From assembly GCA_034520965.1 (NCBI GenBank), contig JAXHMY010000003.1:224001-288000 (forward strand): DNA of 64,000 nucleotides. Direction: 5' to 3'. Positions 58,587 to 64,000 of the stretch are shown here, piece by piece (the stretch's first letter is position 1; each line of letters starts with the position of its first letter). This DNA is from Spirochaetia bacterium. Lineage in GTDB: Bacteria > Spirochaetota > Spirochaetia > DSM-16054 > Sediminispirochaetaceae. The notes under the pieces were generated by a model that was not told the origin of the DNA, ran no database searches, and worked only from the letters and a program-made list of their open reading frames with translations. A program made the position numbers and the translations under genes.

Positions 58587-58973
58587 TCACTCTTGTTTAG
58601 AACCCAGCATGGCGGTAATTTTCCCGATTAGCGCTTTTTCGGTAATCGGCTTATGGATAACCCCATCCATCCCGTGCTGCATTAGTTCATCAATTAGTTT
58701 TTTCTCTGCATAGGCGGTCAACCCTAATATAGCAGTCGGGCTTCGCTCCTGTTTCTGTTCTATGGAGCGTATTTCTGCTGCAGCACGCTTCCCATCCATA
58801 ACCGGCATTTTAACATCTAAAATGATTATATCAAACTCATGTTTCTCCACCAGATCAACGGCTGCCTGCCCGTTGGAAGCCTCGTCGACTATCCATCCGT
58901 TAGTGGTTAAAATAGTTTTTATAAACAACCGGTTAATTCCCTCATCATCAGCTATCAATATCCGTGTACTCAT
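58587..58973 (-). CDS. Single-domain response regulator (receiver)
   Basis: LIADD, ILDVKMPVMDG, LTA, KP. Confidence 0.9.
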   Translation of the reverse strand: MSTRILIADDEGINRLFIKTILTTNGWIVDEASNGQAAVDLVEKHEFDIIILDVKMPVMDGKRAAAEIRSIEQKQERSPTAILGLTAYAEKKLIDELMQHGMDGVIHKPITEKALIGKITAMLGSKQE

Positions 58974-59145
58974 ACCATAACTATAAGAGATGATTTTTAC
59001 CTACGCTATACTTAAACTCTTATTAATGTGCTCACCTGCACCTTATGACCGCTACATTAATTACTTTTTTTGTAATGTTTACCCAAATTAGCTCTTTGCG
59101 ACAGTCCTCAGATATTGTATAGTGGGAATTGAAAGGATGTACACA

Positions 59146-60384
59146 ATGAATAAGATCAATATACCTGCCGTAAGGGCAGATTTTCCGGTTCTCTCATCCC
59201 AGATGAAGGGTCATCCCCTCGCCTATTTTGATAACGGGGCCACAGGTCTCACACCGCTGCCGGTAATCAACGCAATCGAAAACTATTACCGCAACTCCTC
59301 ATGCAATATCCATCGAGGAATCTACGAGTTGAGCGAGCAGACCACAGAGCAGTTCGAATCAAGTCGTGCCCACATAGCGGCTTTTCTCAATGCAGCCTCG
59401 GAGGAAGAGATTGTCTTTACCCATGGCGCCACCGAATCGATCAACACCGTAGCCTACGGCTGGGGGGATCAACACATTCAAGCGGGTGACGAGATTGTTA
59501 TTACCGAGATGGAGCATCATGCCAACCTGGTTCCCTGGCAGCAGCTGGCCGCAAGAAAATCAGCTCACCTGAAATTTATTCCAATCGACCCAAAAACAGG
59601 GCTCCTGCAGCTGGACAACCTTGAGCAGATTCTTACACCGAAAACAAAACTGTTGGCTGTAAGCGGGATGTCCAATGTAACCGGGGTAGAGAATCCGCTG
59701 CCGCGGCTGATAGAAGCGGCCCGGGCTGTAGATGCACTCGTGCTGATCGATGCCGCACAGTACGTGGTTCATGCAGAGGTGGATGTACAGAAACTCGATG
59801 TCGACTTTTTAGTATTCTCCGGACATAAACTGTATGGACCAACGGGAATTGGTGTACTTTATGGAAAGCGGGAAGTTCTGGAAAGCATGTCTCCGTTCAT
59901 CAGCGGCGGAGATATGATTTTAGATGTCAAAAAGGAACATAGTACTTTTCGTGAGCCCCCGTATCTTCTTGAAGCCGGAACTCCCAATATTGCCGGAGCT
60001 CTGGGGCTCTCGGCGGCAATTACCTATATCAATGGTATAGGCATGTCTGCAATTCAGGATCGAGAGAAAACACTGATGGAGTACGCCCTGCAGCGGGCAG
60101 AAGGGATAGACGGAATGCATGTGTACGGTCCCCTCGATACCTCGCAGCAAGGATCTGTTCTCTCCTTTACCATCGACGAAATACACCCCCACGACCTGGG
60201 TACGGTACTCAACGAACATGGGGTAGCGGTGCGAGCCGGTTTTCACTGCGCCCAGCCCTATGTAGAAGCAATGGGCAGCCATGGAACCGTTCGAGCTACT
60301 TTTTCCTTTTACAATACTGAAGAGGAGATTGACCGGCTTTTTGTAGCAATATCAAAGGGAATTCAACTGTTTAAAAATTTTTAG
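59146..60384 (+). CDS. sufS: Group II (SufS-type) cysteine desulfurase
   Basis: YFDNGAT, MEHHAN, FSGHKLYGP, EAGTPN, RAGFHCAQP. Confidence 0.92.
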   Translation: MNKINIPAVRADFPVLSSQMKGHPLAYFDNGATGLTPLPVINAIENYYRNSSCNIHRGIYELSEQTTEQFESSRAHIAAFLNAASEEEIVFTHGATESINTVAYGWGDQHIQAGDEIVITEMEHHANLVPWQQLAARKSAHLKFIPIDPKTGLLQLDNLEQILTPKTKLLAVSGMSNVTGVENPLPRLIEAARAVDALVLIDAAQYVVHAEVDVQKLDVDFLVFSGHKLYGPTGIGVLYGKREVLESMSPFISGGDMILDVKKEHSTFREPPYLLEAGTPNIAGALGLSAAITYINGIGMSAIQDREKTLMEYALQRAEGIDGMHVYGPLDTSQQGSVLSFTIDEIHPHDLGTVLNEHGVAVRAGFHCAQPYVEAMGSHGTVRATFSFYNTEEEIDRLFVAISKGIQLFKNF

Positions 60385-61482
60385 CACAAGCGGCGGGCTG
60401 GGAAGGTTTACCTCCCGGGTGCCCGCCGACTGCTTAGCTGCACATTCAGGAGGAAACAGGTTCTCCATGAAAAACAGCAGCAGAAAACAGAGAGCCCCTG
60501 CAACCAGGGGAGTAGTAGCCCAGCCGGCACCTATTTTAGCCAACAGTTTGTAGCGTATATTCTGCATTCCACGAGCAAAACCGATACCAACCACAGAGCC
60601 AACTACCGCCTGCGAGCTCGATATGGGCACTAACGGCAGGGCCGGCAGTCCCGATTGTACCAGCCAGTCATGCAGCCCCTCTGAGGCAAATAAAAACAGG
60701 ACTATCCCGGAGGAGAGCACCACAATAAAGGCAGTAATGGGAGAAAGCTTAAAAATATCCGACCCTACAGTCTCCATAACCCGCTTAGAATAGGTAAAAA
60801 TTCCGGCTGAAATAGCCATCCCTCCTAATAAAAACAGCATCTGCGCTCCACTAAACTCCAAACCGGCCAAAACAGTTATATCCGGAAACGGACTGATCGG
60901 CACAAAGACTCCCATTACGTTACCGATATTGTTAGCCCCCAGGCTGTACGCTCCAAAGGCCCCACTAATGATAAGAGCTATCCGGGTATACAGGTCTCTT
61001 CGCATAATATGGATACTGAGATGCTTGATAAGAAAACGAATAAAATAAAACAGAATAAAGCCGATCACCGCCGCTATGATCGGGCTAAGCACCCAGCTTG
61101 TAAGAATATCGATAAGGACAGTATAATCCACCGCATGGCCGGCATATATATTCCATCCCAGAATACCACCCACAACAGCCTGACTGGTTGATACCGGCAG
61201 ACTAGCACGGGTCATAAAGAACACACTCAAAGCCGCCGCAAGAGTTACGGTAAACGCACCGGGAAGAGCGGTAATCGCCCCCAAACGTCCCAGAGTTCCC
61301 GCCGCTCCGGCTCCCGCATACACCGCCCCCGCTATCACGGCGATGCTGGAAATAGCTGCGGCAAGGGTAAAGCGCACCATCCTGGTCGCAACGGCGGTAC
61401 CAAAGACATTGGCTGCATCATTGGCCCCGAGCGACCATCCCAGAAACAGGCCGCCGGACAGAAATAACAAGAGCGATCCCAA
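60352..61482 (-). CDS. pit: PiT family inorganic phosphate transporter
   Basis: GANDAANVFGT, LPVSTSQ, GANNIGNVMG, PISSSQ. Confidence 0.92.
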   Translation of the reverse strand: MGSLLLFLSGGLFLGWSLGANDAANVFGTAVATRMVRFTLAAAISSIAVIAGAVYAGAGAAGTLGRLGAITALPGAFTVTLAAALSVFFMTRASLPVSTSQAVVGGILGWNIYAGHAVDYTVLIDILTSWVLSPIIAAVIGFILFYFIRFLIKHLSIHIMRRDLYTRIALIISGAFGAYSLGANNIGNVMGVFVPISPFPDITVLAGLEFSGAQMLFLLGGMAISAGIFTYSKRVMETVGSDIFKLSPITAFIVVLSSGIVLFLFASEGLHDWLVQSGLPALPLVPISSSQAVVGSVVGIGFARGMQNIRYKLLAKIGAGWATTPLVAGALCFLLLFFMENLFPPECAAKQSAGTREVNLPSPPLVLKIFKQLNSL

Positions 61483-61530
61483 AGCAGCCTCCCGATAAAA
61501 AAAACGATTAAAGGATTACCGATTAAAAAA

Positions 61531-62181
61531 TCAGAGGCTGCGTTTTACCGCAGCCACAGAAATACGCTCGCACACGGCCTGTGATTCATCCGATAAACTG
61601 GCTACATAAGTGGCAAAATCGCGAATATGCATGCGCTCGGCAAGCGTCGGCAGTTCTTCGGAGGAAAAAACCTTCCGCTTAATCAGCTCTTCTATCTTAT
61701 CCGCCTCATGTTCGTAGAAATACACTTTGTGTACATAATCATTGATAATCTCGCTGTCCCTAAAAAAGGCTCTGGCAGCTTTCACCGTAAAATCGAGGGC
61801 ATTTTGAGAAGTCATTACCAGCTCTTGAAAATCCTTCTTTAGATCCTCCGATATACTGGGCCGCTCAATATCAATCTGAAATACGACTTTTTTGGTTGTA
61901 TCGATTACATTATCGATGTTTTCCAATACGTTCAGCACGTCACCCCTGGATTCAGGAATGAGCATCTTAGAGTACAATTTATGGCGAATCTCACGGCGCA
62001 GCACATCGGAGTCGGATTCCAGTTCGGCAATCTCATCGATACGAGCATGAAATTTCTTTTCTTCACCTTCCAGATATTCCCGCAGTGCTAAGCCGAATAA
62101 CAGCCCAGCCTTCGAAATATTATCGAGAAAGTTGTCGATATCTGCTATCAAATATGCGGTTTGCTTGAATAATTTGCCCAT
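61531..62181 (-). CDS. DUF47 (PhoU-like) Pit accessory protein
   Basis: ELESDSDVLRREI, EHEADKIE; upstream of pit; start MGKLFK after SD GGAGGG. Confidence 0.88.
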   Translation of the reverse strand: MGKLFKQTAYLIADIDNFLDNISKAGLLFGLALREYLEGEEKKFHARIDEIAELESDSDVLRREIRHKLYSKMLIPESRGDVLNVLENIDNVIDTTKKVVFQIDIERPSISEDLKKDFQELVMTSQNALDFTVKAARAFFRDSEIINDYVHKVYFYEHEADKIEELIKRKVFSSEELPTLAERMHIRDFATYVASLSDESQAVCERISVAAVKRSL

Positions 62182-62363
62182 CACACACCCTCCGCCATCT
62201 TTATTCTGAAGGCCAAAATACCAGTTTATCCCAGGTAATACTGGTTTGACAAGAATAGATTGAAGCAAAAGATTGACACACGACACATGAGTAGCGGCGA
62301 TGTTCTTTATTTAAACATTTAAGTATGCTATTATTGGCCTCAATATCCAGAAAGGGAGATATT

Positions 62364-62903
62364 ATGAATATTTGCGTTTTTTGTTCTTCTAGCGACTCGA
62401 CTCCATTCATATACAAAATTGCCGCCGAAGAATTGGGGCAGCAGATAGCCACCCGCGGACACAGCCTTGTATTTGGCGGAGGCAATGTAGGTCTGATGCG
62501 TGAGGTTGCCCAGTCTGCATTGCAGTCCGGTGGAAAGGTTATTGGTGTGATTCCGGAATATTTACGTTCGAAGGAACAGCGGTTTGACAAAGTGGACGAG
62601 CTCATCATTACAGACACCATACACGAGCGGAAGGCATTGATGATAGAAAAAGCCGATGCCTTTATCGTTCTACCCGGCGGATGGGGCACGATGGAAGAAT
62701 TCTTTGAAATCGCCGCCGCAAAATTTCGAGATAACGACCCGCGAACAATTGCCATGCTGAACACTGCCGGCTTTTACAACCAACTGTTCGCTTTCTTTAA
62801 TTTCCTGTCCCATGAAACTTTCCTTAGCCCCCAATGGCGTGACTCTTTTTATATAAGTGAAAAAGTGTGCGATATACTTGATTATATCGAGAACAACAGC
62901 TGA
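62364..62903 (+). CDS. LOG family nucleotide phosphoribohydrolase (TIGR00730-like)
   Basis: ICVFCSS, FGGGNVGLM, HERKALM, PGGWGTMEE. Confidence 0.92.
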   Translation: MNICVFCSSSDSTPFIYKIAAEELGQQIATRGHSLVFGGGNVGLMREVAQSALQSGGKVIGVIPEYLRSKEQRFDKVDELIITDTIHERKALMIEKADAFIVLPGGWGTMEEFFEIAAAKFRDNDPRTIAMLNTAGFYNQLFAFFNFLSHETFLSPQWRDSFYISEKVCDILDYIENNS

Positions 62904-62920
62904 ACATACTGGAGCACAAA

Positions 62921-63283
62921 ATGGCTAGGATCTTAGTAGTAGATGACGAAGTGTATATACGCGAGCTCATAAAGAAAGCTCTCAATTTCCGCGGACATAC
63001 AATCGTAGATTTCGATAACGGTATAGATGGAATCAACTATGTAAAAAATAACCCAGTTGATGTGGCTATTATCGATCTGGTGATGCCCCTAAAGGGAGGA
63101 ATAGAGACACTTATTGAGATAAGAGATACAAATAGAAATATAAAAATTATTGCTATCTCCGGGAAAATAGAGACTAGGGCCGATGCAATCCAAGGTTTAG
63201 CTCAGCAATTTAATGTAGATCGGGTGCTTTCAAAGCCCTTCGATGTCGATGAAATAATTCAGATTGTTGAGGACCTAATATGA
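62921..63283 (+). CDS. Single-domain response regulator (receiver)
   Basis: LVVDDE, IIDLVMP, ISG, KPF. Confidence 0.9.
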   Translation: MARILVVDDEVYIRELIKKALNFRGHTIVDFDNGIDGINYVKNNPVDVAIIDLVMPLKGGIETLIEIRDTNRNIKIIAISGKIETRADAIQGLAQQFNVDRVLSKPFDVDEIIQIVEDLI

Positions 63284-63840
63284 CCAACTTAAGGGAAACC
63301 GTAGCTGCCGCCGGCTTTACCGCTTTAATTGCTATCGGAGCTTATATATCCATACCAATTGGACCGGTACCGATTGTATTGCAAAATTTCTTTGTACTTC
63401 TAAGCGCATTACTGCTTGGAAGCAGAATCGCCCTCTCAAGCGTGTTTGTTTATCTGTTTTTGGGAGCCCTTGGATTGCCGGTATTTGCCGGGGGAACCGG
63501 AGGCATCGGCCATTTTTTCGGTCCAACCGGGGGGTACTTAATAGCGTATCTTCCAACGGTAGTGATTACCGGTCTCATTGCCCGACGACCTGTACACAAG
63601 GCCGTTTCGACATTGAATCCGGCATTCATGCAATTCATTGCACTGATAGCCGGTACATTGTGTATCTATCTAATAGGGGTACCATGGCTTAAATTTGCCA
63701 CTCAAATGAGCTGGAAAGCGGCTATCGGGGCCGGTGCAGTACCCTTTATCCTTGGAGACCTTTTGAAAGTTGTAGTTGCATTTTTAATCGGCCGTACTTT
63801 TTCCGCCAGGGTGGATGAATTTTTACAAGTGGAAAAATAA
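63280..63840 (+). CDS. bioY: Biotin ECF transporter S-component
   Basis: PVPIVLQ, GLPVFAGG, GPTGGYL, PFILGDLLK. Confidence 0.93.
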   Translation: MTNLRETVAAAGFTALIAIGAYISIPIGPVPIVLQNFFVLLSALLLGSRIALSSVFVYLFLGALGLPVFAGGTGGIGHFFGPTGGYLIAYLPTVVITGLIARRPVHKAVSTLNPAFMQFIALIAGTLCIYLIGVPWLKFATQMSWKAAIGAGAVPFILGDLLKVVVAFLIGRTFSARVDEFLQVEK

Positions 63841-63842
63841 GG

Positions 63843-64000
63843 GTGCCCGACAATTTAATTATTGAAGTACAAGATCTTACCCACTCCTTTCTCGATGGTA
63901 CAGTGGCACTTCGAGGAATTAACCTGACTATAAATCAGGGCGAGTTTATACTCTGCGCAGGACGAAACGGTTCAGGCAAAACGGTATTTTCACGTCACCT
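63843..64000 (+). CDS. ECF/ABC ATPase (BioM-like), partial at window end
   Basis: GTG start; IEVQDLTHSF.DGTVALRGINL..., Walker A GRNGSGKT; directly after bioY. Confidence 0.85.
   Translation, partial: MPDNLIIEVQDLTHSFLDGTVALRGINLTINQGEFILCAGRNGSGKTVFSRH

Noticed and set aside
58587..63283. Two receiver-only response regulators as a novel signalling unit
   Set aside because: They lie in separate operons 4 kb apart, and orphan receivers are common.
1..64000. CRISPR array, tRNA, rRNA or prophage
   Set aside because: No regularly spaced repeats, cloverleaf-like segments or phage hallmark genes were seen; intergenic gaps are short.

Overview
A 64 kb chromosomal window from a spirochaete, most likely a free-living Spirochaetaceae-like organism. 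This is inferred from the rpsB-tsf-frr-uppS-cdsA-dxr-rseP order without pyrH, a MurE with a DEDPR motif plus a FemX-type transferase, and several lipoproteins. Most of it is housekeeping: translation (rpsB, tsf, frr, rpsF-ssb-rpsR-rplI, metG, and a 29-aa bS22-type ribosomal protein missing from the ORF track), dnaB, dinB, MEP pathway (dxr, dxs), cell wall (murD, murE, ddl, femX-like), hflKC, zwf/pncA, sufS, pit/DUF47 and bioY. The accessory hotspot is at 31-46 kb. It holds (i) tryptophanase-like lyase plus RidA; (ii) a CHASE2 adenylate cyclase facing a 4-gene envelope operon (exported protein, OM beta-barrel, FecR protein, lipoprotein); (iii) an IS110-family (IS1111-like) element that splits the lipoprotein gene and carries a ~210-nt structured 3' RNA whose loop strands match both insertion flanks (candidate bridge/seek RNA); and (iv) an orphan adenine methyltransferase whose start codon overlaps the murE start codon in one CATG. 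Also notable are an orphan, apparently non-lipidated FlgH homologue and repeated leaderless-type promoters. No rRNA, tRNA or CRISPR array was seen. All calls are by eye, with no database searches.
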